Shown here one piece after another: positions 12,128-25,314 of a stretch of DNA of 64,000 nt; positions within the stretch are counted from its first letter, which is position 1; every line of letters starts with the position of its first letter. The position numbers and the translations under genes were made by a program. Origin of the DNA: Takakia lepidozioides (taxonomy: Eukaryota > Plantae > Bryophyta); NCBI GenBank assembly GCA_030704615.1, contig CM060731.1:15252001-15316000 (forward strand), read 5' to 3'. Under the pieces are notes generated by a model. It did no database searches and was not told the DNA's origin. It saw only the letters and a program-made list of their open reading frames with translations.

Positions 12128-12607
12128 TCCCCGCCAGGTCCAGCAGGCAGCTTCATGGATCAGTTTGTAAAAGAGCTGGTCCACAATCACATCAACACCA
12201 CTGGAGACCAAACACTGACATGCTACAGATATATTGTTACTAGAAAAAATTGTTGTTCCCTGGAAGGTGGAGAGCTATGTTGAGACACCCATGACTGATG
12301 TACACCAATGACGGTTGGTGAGCTCCACTTTGAGGAGTTTGATGGATTTTTCGAAAGCCATTACCCCCTGATCCACTGCAAGATCTAGGAAAAATGCTAT
12401 CGCATGCAGTGGTGTTGGTGTCTGTTCACAATTCACCATATCTCTTTACTGCTCTTTGACCTTATGAGAGAGCAAGACAAACAAAGTTATCACCTAAAGC
12501 AAGCGTTGCAGTGGACCTATGAACCACAAGATTCCTTGAGATTTCTGTCATTCCATGAATGCTTTCTTAAGATGCTTCGTTCAACATTGAAAGCAAGGTA
12601 CCATTCT

Positions 12608-15594
12608 TCATCGGATGGAACTAAAGATTGAGACATGTACAACCAAGATCAACACTCTAATAGGTGCGAGAAGCAAACCGAAACTGATTGAACATAATCT
12701 GGCCTCAACGCTTGAGTCTTGGAAGCAAGGATCATGACACAAGGATATGACAACAAACATGTGTAGTTCCACTTCCACTTGAGCAATGTGCACCGAGATC
12801 CGGTACCAGTGAAGGAATATCTCTTGAAGCACAGGTGCAGTGAGGCCGAAGTGCATTCTGGTCTTGGGAGGTAGGACCTGCATGATTTCATGTGGCCTGA
12901 GAACAGAGAAGTCCCAAGACCTCGGACTTGACTGCAGTTCATGCATGACCCCATTCCAAGCTAATTTGAGATACAGTTGGCTCTTGAACATGGTGAGAGC
13001 AGGAAAAAGCTTAGGGCTGGGGTCACAATGGATAAATTCAGGCAATCTCTCTAAACATGACCTGCACTTCTTGCGTCATCATTGAAAAACATCACCTCAG
13101 CTTGCTCACCATACACTGCTAATACCTTCTGTTGTGGTTGTTGCAGTCTCTTCAACCCCTGGGGGTACCCTCTCCTTCTTTGGGAGTTCACTATGAGACA
13201 CTGATGCCTGCTGGCAGAATGATCGGCTACCTGCCTCTGTTACCACATCCGTAGTTGCAACACCAGTACATTGACCTCCACCTGCCTGAAGCCCGCCTTG
13301 TACATCCTGTACAAGCACTATTCCAATTGAATGACTGTTTTTGTTCCTTCCATCATAAACATAATTACCTGGAATGTTGAACACTTTCCATCACCCTGAA
13401 GCTAACTGACCACCTTCCAAGTCAATGCATAATAATGCTTCAAAACTGAGAACATGACAGTCTGTAAGAATGTATTACGCAAAAGCAACATGAATACCCT
13501 CATACCAAAATTCGTGTAGATTAGATGTGCGTACCAGTGAATGGAGGGGGGGCACAATTGACCTCCAGGTCTGAGGGCAATTACCAAGAAAGCCCTGCAG
13601 CAGCTTGTGTTGATCCTCATGAAGAAGGCACACAGAGAGATTGTAAATTGTCATTTGCAACACCTTGTAGTTCTCTGAAGCTCTGTTGAACGATGATGAC
13701 TGAAAACTCAATAACACCTGGGACAGATTGTGAAGGCTCATGACCAAAGGATGTAAGCTGGCCACTTCCTGAGAATTATCAAGTGATGTGTCTACTTTCC
13801 CTGTTGCATGAGGGAGACAGAAAGGGGGTGTTCCTGAAGCTCCTGACACACTGAAACCAAATGCATCTGGAATGGGTGACTCCTGACAGGAGGGCACGTG
13901 ACCAGCAAAAGGGGCAGATGCATGAACAACTGAGTCTTGATCTCCAGTGAAAGCATGCTGCAACACAACAGAACCAATTTTTGAAACTTCCACATGTATC
14001 ATAAATCGAAGTTGTAATTCTCTCAAGGGCAAACAAAACATAGCACTGAGGCCCGATCTTGTTTGGAGACATTTGGAGCATAGTTGCAATCAACAGGAGA
14101 CTCAAGGCCCAGGAAAGCCTTTTGTGTACAGAAGATGAACCATATCTCTTATTACCATTACAGGATGGATTGAGGGAAAGGTGTGGTGGTGGTTGAACGT
14201 TTCTTTAGAGCCTTCAGATCCTCCTAACAGTGCGCAGGTGGCTTGTTACACAAAATGCCAGCTCACCAAAACAAGGCAGTCCAACTACTTTCAAGCGTTC
14301 TCTCAACAGCACTGCAAAATAAGACACTGGAGGACCTTCAAGCCGGCTGCTGAATTGACGCATTGAGGCTTTGATTCTCTTGATGCGTCTGTTGTTCCAT
14401 GTGGAAATGTGGCTACGTTGCGATCCGCAGCTATTTGGCCTGTAGCGAGAATTCATAGGAAACACACCTTCAGAAATATGTTTAGCACAGCTGAAAGGAT
14501 AATCCAACTAACAGGCTAACACTCTTAGCGTAAAACGAGTCCCAATTCAAAGATCCCAACTACATTGTTGAACCCATTGCATATTTCCATGCATGTGCAC
14601 TTTCAGAGTGCCATCACCGCCACAACAACAATGTAGCAATTGCCAACTTGCTAGAAACTCCCAGCCTGCAAAGTTGAAAGAGTGCAATAAGCTGCTTTGA
14701 GCCACTTGCTAGGTCAGCCATCCAAATTGCTTGAGAGCATGTGCAGTCAAGCCCAGAGATTAGCCCAAATCAAAATCGCTGAAATGTTGCGGCATGTGAA
14801 ATTGCGGTATGCATCAACAGGGGGCACAAACAGAAGAGACACTTACCAGCACTGTACCAGTCCCAGCGGTGCTCTTCCATGCTCTTATGCTTGAACTCCT
14901 CCAGGGCACAAATATTCATCATCTTTTCTTCACGGTCATCTAACCTTGAGCAAAATTTGTGACTATGGAGAGGTATGATGCTATCAGCAGATGAGCTCTT
15001 ACTAGTTGATGGAGAGTAAATCGTTCCAAATCCCACGTTTGCTGTTTCCTGTCCATGTTTGTCCAAGGTGACATCAGGCTGAGATTGGGTCTTACTAAAC
15101 ACCTTGTGCTGGAATGACGGGAAGAGAGACTGTTGCGGCTTTAGTGGATATGGGACGAAAGAGTCCGATTCAAGCGCTGATAATGCAGTTGGCCGAGATG
15201 GAGCATAAGACGAAGAGTTCGAGCAGAGAGGAGGTGTTTGGAGTGGGATCCAGTAGCCTTCGGAAGAAACGGCTTGATGATAGCGTGCAAGAGGTGGCGG
15301 ACATGCTGACGACTTGGCAGGAGGGACGGAGCCTCCGGAAGCACTTTCATGATAGCGTGTAAGAGATGGCGGACATACTGGCGTCTTGGCAGGAGGGACG
15401 CTGAACGGTGCCAAGGAGCCTCCGGAATCAGCACTGTGATGATAGCCTGCAAGAGATGGCGGCCATGCGGACGAAGTGGAAGGAGGAATGCTGAATGGTG
15501 TCAAGGAGCCTCCAGACGCAGCACTTTGACGATAGCGTGCAAGAGATAGCGGACATTGTGATACTTTAGCGGAACGTAGTCCATATGCTGGCAT
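12608..15594 (-). pseudogene. Unknown gene or pseudogene with 30-aa repeats and a Nup98 GLEBS-like motif
   Basis: ORF from 15594 with tandem repeats, then MMNICALEEFKHKSMEEHRWDWYSAG resembling the GLEBS motif I.am..Yk.KS.EElRwedY, ending at a GTAAGT donor (14846). Broken downstream ORFs at 14507-14214, 14089-13475, 13384-13106 and 13045-12608. No FG repeats or autoprotease domain seen. Confidence 0.55.
15256..15555 (-). repeat. Coding tandem repeat, about 3.5 units of 90 bp (30 aa)
   Basis: CPLSLARYRQSAASGGSLTPFSIPPSTSSA / WPPSLAGYHHSADSGGSLAPFSVPPAKTPV / CPPSLTRYHESASGG---SVPPAKSSA / CPPPLARYHQAVSSEG. Confidence 0.85.
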
Positions 15595-16296
15595 CGTAAT
15601 GGCTTCTCACAACTTCAGCCCAATAATTTCTTGAAAATCTGTAGGCAGCAAGGTAAGGAGTTGTAAAATCTCTTCGAGAAATTGGACACAAGCCTCTAAT
15701 CGTTACTGCACTTTCGCCATGGTTGCTTCGTAGGTAGAAAGCTCTACTAACCAGCTAGTTTGCACCTCCATGCAGACTTCACTCTCTTTCAAATCTCCAA
15801 ATCATCTTGAGATTCTATCCTTTGCGGGATCAAGCGTGCAGTGGAAGACAAGTCTGACGCATTGACGGATCTGAACCCTTTCTCTCCTAATCAGACCAAA
15901 ACAATCTCGGGGGTGTGGCTTGCTTCAGAGTCGCGACACTAATGCTGCGCATGGGCACGTAATGCGATGCATGCAACAGGATGCGACGCTGACACGCGGG
16001 ATGATTCAAAGCGTGCAACTTCAAATTAGCAACGGCTACAATTGTATCGCTTAGGGTTTCAGCCTGCGAGGGTGATGTATGCTCATGACACCACAGAATG
16101 AATTTAAAGCTTGGTCTTGGTTGATTTCAAAGCTTGACATGTAGTGATCCATCACAAAACACCACAGCTTCCATGGATTCTGTCATATGTGACCACAAGA
16201 ACATCGCAATTGCAGCTTGCAAATTCAGATTAAACACTGAGAATCTTGACATCTGGTGCTTGTTACACTTTAGCAACAAAATATGATAAATGCTAT

Positions 16297-17421
16297 TCAG
16301 TAAGTTGCTTGATCGTGGCCAGGAGGCGGTACCATAGCATTACCAGAGAAGTTTTCTGGGATCGGAGGGATCGTTCTGTTCCTCACATCCACAGGCATAT
16401 GAAGGGGCATGCTTGCGCAGGCTGCTCTGGGTTCGACACCCTGGCTTTTGTGCGAGCTTGCCATACATGAGCTGCTACAGGTGAGGGTTCCATCTTCAAG
16501 AGCTTGCTGTCTCAACCAAGACTGGGAAGCCGTGACTGGGAATGTCCTGTATGACAGTGTCTTCTGAGGATCGGTAGCAGGAATTTTGTAATTAGGTGGA
16601 CTTTCCTGCACTTCTTGTTGTCTCTGCCTCCAGACAAGTCCTGTCGGGATTTGGAGTTGAAACTGGCATGCCTTTTCCCCTTGCAATCGCTGTAAGACTG
16701 TGAACAAACTGCATTGCTGAAACGCCATCGAACAACATGTGATACTTGTTCGAGCCGACAGTGAAGCCACCACACTTGAATCGTGTAACCTACATGTGCA
16801 AGAACCTCATTAGATAATTTTCTAATTCGCTGTCTCTCCCGCAACCATATCAACGGGGTCAGTTAAAATGACATCATCTACAGCCTGGAGGAAGTCAGAA
16901 TGACATCATCTACACGATCTCTGGTGACCCTGCATTGTTTCTGATGGCATCTGATCCTGGTGTTTCAGCGAGCATTCTCCTTAGGCTGCTATACTTGCCT
17001 GGATGGATACAAGGGGAGTTTCGGGTGAGACGGTGAAGTCTGGACCCTGTGGGCCAGCTTGCCGGCAAGACGATTGGGATTCGAAGCATCGTCTCCCAGC
17101 TCTGAAATGTAGTGATTGCAAATGCTCCTGCGAATTGGACTCCTGCTCTGTTCTAGTGTAGCTCAAACCTCTTCTGGGTGTTGTTGTATCTCACTCTCCC
17201 AGACGCGAAGTGAAAAGGAACCAGCAAATTAGACAGAGCCTCTGTCAAGAATTCACTACTCTTCTCAGGATTGGGGGCGAAATAATACAATGTTTTCACG
17301 TTGTAATTGTGATTCTGATCTAGCGTGTTTAGGTAGATTCTTTTCTCTTCCGTGGGCTCAGCAGGCACAACCATCACTGGATCTTGCAAATTACAACATC
17401 TAGCTCAGATGGCAGACCCAT
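16297..17421 (-). pseudogene. BAHD acyltransferase pseudogene (HCT/feruloyl-transferase-like)
   Basis: PVMVVPAEPT...YLNTLDQ...EALSNLLVPFHFASGRV; TRFKCGGFTVG...HMLFDG (HxxxDG catalytic motif); AAHVWQARTKA; VDVRNRTIPPIPENFSGNA. Several frameshifts. No DFGWG C-terminus seen. Confidence 0.85.
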
Positions 17422-18373
17422 ATATTTTCTCTGCAGAAGAACTTGAGCAGTCGTGTGTCGCGGATCCTGTGGCTTCTCCCTAGCTTTCTCTTAGAACTAT
17501 CTCTTGAATCTGCAAACTGCTTGGCTGAAGTCCACATACATATTCACATGAGCAACTTCAGATCCAGATTCTGATCTTTCTTTATACAAGCATATTTTAA
17601 TAATCCAGCCCCGTGTCCAGAGTGGACAATTTTACCAGTGCACTGTTCAATCATGAAACTGTGTCCGTGACTGGAAGCCTGGAAGCAAATTGGAACTCCT
17701 TTAGCGTTGACCTTAGTGACTCCAACGAAGGCTTAAGTTAAACTCCACCGATTTATGAGTGGAGGCCCCTGTGCTCCAAGGGATGGAACAAAATGGGACC
17801 TTCAGATTATCATGCAGAAGTGACTTTGGGGATCATTCCATACTTACAAACAAGCTGATTAAGCCCACTAATTCATTTTGTCAGCGTTCATCAGGTCTTC
17901 CTTTACAGTTGGACAAAGAAATCCAGCACCTGACTATCATGATTCTACTTCTTCTAAAGTAACTCCCTCCACACAACTGCATTGTACAGAACTGATCTAC
18001 ACGGAAGAGCTCAGCGAGAAAATTGCCTGCTGAAATGTCTTCAGGTCTTATATGTGGAAGTGGAGCCTGGCCACCGAAGAAGTCTCTACTTTATATGTAA
18101 TCCAAATAAAAAACAATTCACGCCTGCATATTTTTTCAGAAATTAATTTCCAACACTTTTGTCATTTTTTTGTTTTTTTGTTTTTTTAATCCGGGTAGTT
18201 TGGGCAGTCTCATTATTTCCGACACTTTTGTCATTTTTTGTTTTTTTGTTCTTTTTTTATCCGGGTAGTTTGGGCAGTCTCATCGGTCGACGAAGGGGGC
18301 AAAAAGCTTGTTGCGCAAGGTATGAGGGACAAGAGAGCGAGCACAATCGGTGCTGGGCTGCGGTGAGGTCACG

Positions 18374-21300
18374 ATGCGAGCAGGCCAGCGCAGTGTTGCG
18401 ACCTTGTTGCGCTGCAGGGCCGCAAGGTCAGAGAATTCGCAACTTCCATCATTCTCAGCGCCTTTCCGCCCCTGGCCTGATTCTAGGGTTAGGCCATCTG
18501 AGTGCTTTTCAACTGCTGCTGCAGGGGGTGGTGTGGCTGAGAAGAGCCGATGGGGGCGCAAGTTTGGGGCCGTGGTGGTTGGATCCGGCCTGATCGGGGC
18601 TGTAGCATGGGTTTTCGCTGGGCAGCACCCCAGTCGGAGGGCCAGGATGCTTTATACTATTCCCCTTCGACTTGCTCGGGACATCGCAACTGCAGCTGCA
18701 ATCAGCGCAGGTTCGTTTGTTCGAAGGATGTGTAGCTACTCACTAGCTTTTGCTTGCTTTAAAGATTATATACCTTGTCGAAATTGTCATTTTTAGGTTT
18801 GACCTTTTCTTCAACGTAAATTGTCTTTGTACTTTGCGGCAAGCAAACATCTCCAAGATTTCTGGTTATCTTTGCGTTGACGTCAATTCTCACGTACTTA
18901 AATATTTCAAGCGGTGCTCAATTCCCCTAGCGGTTCTCTCCCAAGCTGCCATTGCAGCTAATTGTAGCACGACAAGTAGTGAATTGGATGCGAGTTCATC
19001 AAGTACTGAAAAGCCGCGTAGGGATAGGTTACAGGATCTGGGTGGGTGTAGTGGATATCATGCTGCACCCCTCTCCTTTTAGTCTGCCTTTATTCTGCCA
19101 GATTTCTGTTTGTGGATCTAGCTTATGTGCCTTTCTATGTTTGGCAGATTACCAGTATTCCCTGTATGGCTTACCACTTGGGAGCATGGAAAGAGAACAG
19201 GCAAATCATGAGGTGCATCTCCGGTGTGCCAACAGGTTACAAGCTCTTTGCTTCAAAAATGGGGGTATATACATCAAACTTGGCCAGCACGTAGGTCAAC
19301 TGGTGGGTCTTTTACCCTTCAAAATTACTTCTTCTACTAGACACAAAGTTTAAGGATCCTTCAGGTTTTGGAGGTTATGGTGCCAAACTCCTTAGATCCT
19401 TTCTAAGTAGCAAGTTTCTTTGAATTGGTTGTGTTTGGGTAGGACTACTTGCTGCCACAAGAGTATGTGCAAATCATGCGCTCTTCCATGCTGGACAAAT
19501 GCCCTGTCTCAACCTATGATCAAGTTTGCGATGTCTTCAAGGCTGAGCTTGGCCGGCTTCCCCACGAGGTAAACATGTTCTCCTTATGCGTATTTAGAAG
19601 GCTTAAGATCATTCCTACAATGAGGGTGAAGTCACTATTTTTCAATTTACTAGGCTGTAAACAAGATTTGAATTGATGCGAGACTTCAAATATAGGTTGT
19701 AGCATGATTGTTTCAATTTTGGAAGTATCTAGGTCTTAAGAAACCTGTAGGAGTTATCACAGTGAATATATGGCATACAAAATGGGAAACCCATTTGCTA
19801 TATGTTCCCTGGAATCTTCAGGTGTCCTAGTGCCCCCACAAACTACACAGTGCCCCCTGCAAAGATGTTCCAACACCAAAGTTGGATGTACAGTGTCTGG
19901 CAGATAACAACTGAGGAGAGGATCCTGTTTGGTACCATCCTGTCACATCAACTAGAGCTTGCACTTGTCTCTACTATATCCCTTCTAGTTATTGTCAAAC
20001 CACAATAGCTTCCACAGACATTTGTTAATACCAGCTCTGTAGTGAGAATTCAAACAAGGCTTTTTTATCCCGGGGGGTCCCAATGTACCACATGCTTTAG
20101 CAGTAATTTTGTGATTGGTATACGAGCTCTCCGTTTCAATATGCAAGGGGTGTGTTGTTATCTTGTTCTCATGCCAACTACATGAATAACTTCTCCAAAC
20201 TTTATTATGCATCTCTTAAAACCATCTGCATTTTTTGGTAGACTGAGATTACATTAGTAACTCGTTTGGACTTCAGTTTGCACTTAAATTAGCAATTTTT
20301 GGTTTTCAAGGGTCTTCTAATTTGAAATTTTGCAGATTTACATGGAGTTCAATGAGGTGCCTTTAGCCAGTGCGTCATTGGCTCAAGTGCATGCTGCACG
20401 CACTCACGACGGGAGAAAGGTGGCTGTCAAGGTTGGTTTTTGGAACTCCCCTCACTCATGTTACACCTGTATTTGTTCAGTCACTTTACGTTACTGGGTC
20501 AGGGGTAGCTAGTGGCTGACAATGATCGTCCTCTTTTGCTTATCTATAAATGATCCCTTGTTCTTGTGGAGCGATGATGCTTCAGCTTGATGAAGTGAAA
20601 ATAGTTAGTAAGAAATGCATTTAGCATGTGTTCTGGGTTACTTTCTCTTTACTCCATGGATCTGCAGAGCAGCAGTTTAATGTTCATGATGGTGCAGGTC
20701 CAACACATGCATCTGACAGACTCTGCACTTGCTGACACAGCCACGGTCGAGTTTGTGGTCAACTTTGTGCATTGGCTTTTCCCAGCTTTTGACTACCGGT
20801 ACGTACCCCTCCTTACGGCCCACCAGACATGTCTGCCTGTGACCTTTAGGCTTTCTTTGATGTTGAAAAAAGCAACGTACTGTATGTGTGATCAAGGTAC
20901 CAGGGTCCCGTGCTCAAGAGAGAAGAATAAGAAATTAACTTCATGATGTTCATGTGGTCCCCCAGGGCCCATGTGAGAATGTAGAACAATAAGAACCATT
21001 TCAAGAAACACACCAAAAAACACCCAAGGTCTAAGTGGTACATGCAGAATCGAAATTTACATAGCATGTCAGAGCTAGACAAGGGAACACCAAACACAAT
21101 GTGTTGTGTTTACCTTTTTCTAACCACATCAGACTCCCTAATCTATGCACCATCAAGCTGTCTCTACCCAGATCTGCCTCCATACCTTCCTTTACATATC
21201 CTTGCTGGAAAACCAGTTTTTAGGTGTTACAAAGTGGCAATAGATGCACACTAGGTAGGCCCTTCTCAGAAATAGATCTGCCTCCTCACTTTCATATCAT

Positions 21301-24300
21301 AGGAAGCAACAGTAGAAGTAGCATTTGTGTCTCCTTAAAGTTAACTCCTTTCCATGTAGGTACAAGCTCATAGATTCATCAAACCATTCAGAGCAGAAAC
21401 AGCAGTAGTTTGTGTGCACAATCAACTTATACAAACAGATTGGAGGTTTGAGAGAGCTCAAAGCCTTACTCTCCCTTAGCTCTTGCCCTTAGTACCATTT
21501 CTTGCAACAAAAGAAGGTGAAGTGGCGTCACCTGGATGCATCAGAGCCAACCAACAAACCAACAGGTTAGTGATCCCTGTGGAACCCCAGGCTTAAACCA
21601 CTTCACATTTGTTATCAATGTCATCCCTGCAGCAGGTCATACTAGCAAAGAGAGGAGAGGTAAGAGAGGTCCTTCCAGCCATTCCAGTCAACAATAGTTA
21701 CATATCTTAGCAGCACCTATTTCAGCCCATGCTCCAGAGGGAAGGGAGGGGGGGGGGGGGGGGGTGTTGGTCTCATGTCTGCAAGCACCCAATCCCAAAA
21801 GGAAGGTGTCACTAGAGCCAAGGTCTCAAGCAAGGGGACACGTAGATGCCTTTGGTTTGCAAAAGTATGCATAGAGTCAAAGTAGAACTTAGACAAGTCT
21901 GTGTAAGTTCCTCATAGTGTCGCCATACAAGGCAGCCCTTCAAAGTGTTTAAGGAGTCTGAATGGATGCCTTGCTTGTAGCTATAGTTCAGCAGTAAGGT
22001 AGTCAGCTCCTTCAGCTCTTGCCTGCTCCTCTTCCAAATGAGAAGAGTGGCCAGGCTTTCTAACTGTACAGGGCAGCACCCTAATGAGTCATCCTGTTCT
22101 CTGTTTCCAGTTCTGTTCTAGGCAAAAAGTTTTGAACAGAAAAACGTGATCAGGCAATTCTTGAATGCTGTTACAAAGGTCTTCGCCACATTCAAGGAAA
22201 GAGAGAGAGGGAGAGGACTCCTCAAGCCTCTCAATTTCAGGGTTTCTTGAATTCAGACACAAAGCATTGGCTACTGTAGACCAGCCAAGAGAGCAATATA
22301 CATTGACCGGATCATGTAGAAGGTGTACACATATCCTCTAGTATGCTGCCGCTACAGGGCTGCTACAGTGCCCTGCACAAGACATCATAGATTAGTTCGC
22401 CGTCAAATGTCCCGTTTGTTCACTAGGAACCTTCATGGACGTGCCATTCTCCTTGCCATGTACAAGGATAGAGAGAGTGCCAGAGGGATCAGGCAATTCG
22501 TGACTGTTGTCACAAAGACCTAGAGAAATGAAATGAAATGGTGCTTTATAACGTCCGCGGAAAGCTCATAGAGCTTATGGGACAAAATGGAAAGAAAAAC
22601 ATGGGAGAAAACAGGAAACCAGAGTCAGAGATAAGAACTAAAGTTCGAGTGATTGTCTAAGGGTGAATGCCTCGTGCAGGTAGGCGCCAAGCATTTCTGA
22701 TCTTCATAGTGAAAGACTTAAGTGAGAGATTGGGTTCCGTGGAAATGGAATCTCCCACGGATCTCATAGTAAAGACCGAGAGAGAATGTACTCATAAGAT
22801 GTTGTTTGCCGTAGCCTTGTGGGCATTGACCCTGCGCCTAGTTTGAGCGGAAAAGAGAGAGAGAGAATGTACTCATAAGACGTTGTTTGCCGTAGCCTTG
22901 TGGCCATTGACCCCGCGCCCAGTTTGAGCGGAAACCAAAGGGACAGAACCTACCTCTGTCAGGGGCTGACATTGGTAGTAAGACTTACCTTTATAAATAG
23001 AATTAATACGGGTTTTCCAGATATCCTCTAGAAATCCCTTCACACAAGCATCAATCTGCTGTGTGTGATTTGCCCAAAAACTAGGCCTCAGAAGGGCCTG
23101 GGCTTTTGGCTCAGCCTCGAGACTTTCAAAGTTGGTAAACAGAGGTACAGGCACAATTCTCTTGATAGATTGGAGGAGAGATTCTCTCTGGTGAGAGTAC
23201 CCCGGACAGTGAATCAGAAAATGAATATTGTCTTCAGGTTGCCCACACAACGAGCAATTGCACAAAAGAGAGAGATTGTACTCATAAGACGTTGTTTGCC
23301 GTAGCCTTGTGGCCATTGACCCCGCGCCCAGTTTGAGCGGGAACAAAAGGGACAGAACCTACCTCTGTCAGGGGCTGACGTTGGTAGTAAGACTTACCTT
23401 GATATATAGAATTAATCCGGGTTTTCCAGATATCCTCTAGAAATCCCTTTCACACAAGCATCAATCTGCTGTGTGTGATTTGCCCAATAACTAGGCCTCA
23501 GGAGGGCCTGGGCTTTTGGCTCAGCCTCGAGACTTTCAAAGTTGGTAAACAGGGGTACAGGCACAATTCCCTTGATAGATTTGAAGAGAGCGTCTCTTTG
23601 GTGAGAGAACCCCGGACAGTGTATCAGAAAATGAATACTGTCTTCAGATTGCCCACACAACGGGCAATTGCACTCTCCCTTTCCTCTCTGCTTCTGTTTG
23701 CTGTTCAAAGGTAGGCTTCCTGCCCTGAGTTTAAATTTCAGTCTAGTGCCAAGAGTGGGTAGACCCTTGAGGTCATCCAAGATGTCCTCCCCCATGTCAC
23801 TGACTGGAAACAAGTTCAGGGAAGTTTTCTGCCTAACTTCATTTTCATCAGAACAATCTCATGGCAACAGACATGGCTGAGGACACTACAGACTCTAAGT
23901 CAGATTTATCCAGCAGGGTCAAGACTTGCGGATCCAGGTCCAGGTCCTTGAGAGATTGTACTATAAGACGTTGTTTGCCGTAGCCTTGTGGCCATTGACC
24001 CCGCGCCCAGTCTGAGCGGGAACAAAAGGGACAGAACCTACCTCTGTCAGGGGCTGACGTTGGTAGTAAGACTTACCTCCATATAAAGAATTAATCCGGG
24101 TTTTCCAGATATCCTCTAGAAATCCCTTCACACAAGCATCAATCTGCTGTGTGTGATTTGCCCAAAAACTAGGCCTCAGGAGGGCCTGTGCTTTTGGCTC
24201 AGCTCGAGACTTTCAAAGTTGGTAAACAGGGGTACAGGCACAATTCCCTTAATAGATTTGAAGAGAGCGTCTCTTTGGTGAGAGAACCCCGGACAGTGTA

Positions 24301-25282
24301 TCAGAAAATGAATACTGTCTTCAGATTGCCCACACAACGGGCAATTGCACTCTCCCTTTCCTCTCTGCTTCTGTTTGCTGTTCAAAGGTAGGCTTCCTGC
24401 CCTGAGTTTAAATTTCAGTCTAGTGCCAAGAATGGGTAGACCCTTGAGGTCATCCAAGATGTCCTCCCCCATGTCACAGACTGGAAACAAGTTCAGGTTT
24501 CTGCCTAACTTCATTTTCATCAGACAATCTCATGGCAACAGACATGGCTGAGGACACTACAGCCTCTAAGTCAGATTTATCCAGCAGGGTCAAGACTTGC
24601 GGATCCAGGTCCAGGTCCTTGAGAATCTCTTCTACTCTCTTCTGCCAGGACTTAGCCTGTTTGACAGGGCGGTCCTGTTTCCAAGATATAGAGTCGATTA
24701 ACTTAGGATATCTGGTGTTGGGCATATGTTGCAGCTGACCCCACCATCTGACCTTGAATTCATCTCGTCGGGAGCTTAAAGACGGAATGCCAAACTCACC
24801 CCGAACAGCCACATTGGCTGTTTTGGAGCATGCTGACATACACTCCTTAAGCACCCCCACTTGAATGGATTCTAGAGACTTAGCCTGGTTGGAGTTATCA
24901 ACCCATATAGCAGATCCGTACTCCAAGGCAGGTCTAATAACGTGACAAAGCATGGTTTTCTTAACCTCAGAGTTGACCCGTTTGCAGTGGAAAAACTTAG
25001 TGAGCCCCAGAGCTTTGCCCTTGCCAGTTTGAACAACTTTCCGGATATGTGCATCCCAATTACAATTGGAGGAGAACTCAACGCCCAGGTAAGTGTAGGA
25101 AGGGAGGACCGGGATCTCTTGGCTACCCCACTGCCACTTAAGATCACTTCCTCCCTCTCCTCTGTCGTTGAATGCTACCACTGCACATTTGCTGACATTA
25201 GCCTCTAGCCCCCAAAGATCAAAGTATCTCTTCGCGCAATCAATCAACTCCTGGAGATTGGTTGGAGTCTCCCCAGGTCCTT

Positions 25283-25314
<32 letters not shown>

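Noticed and set aside
21739-21764. Long G run (possible G-quadruplex)
   Set aside because: It is an isolated intronic homopolymer with no supporting context, and its length is error-prone.
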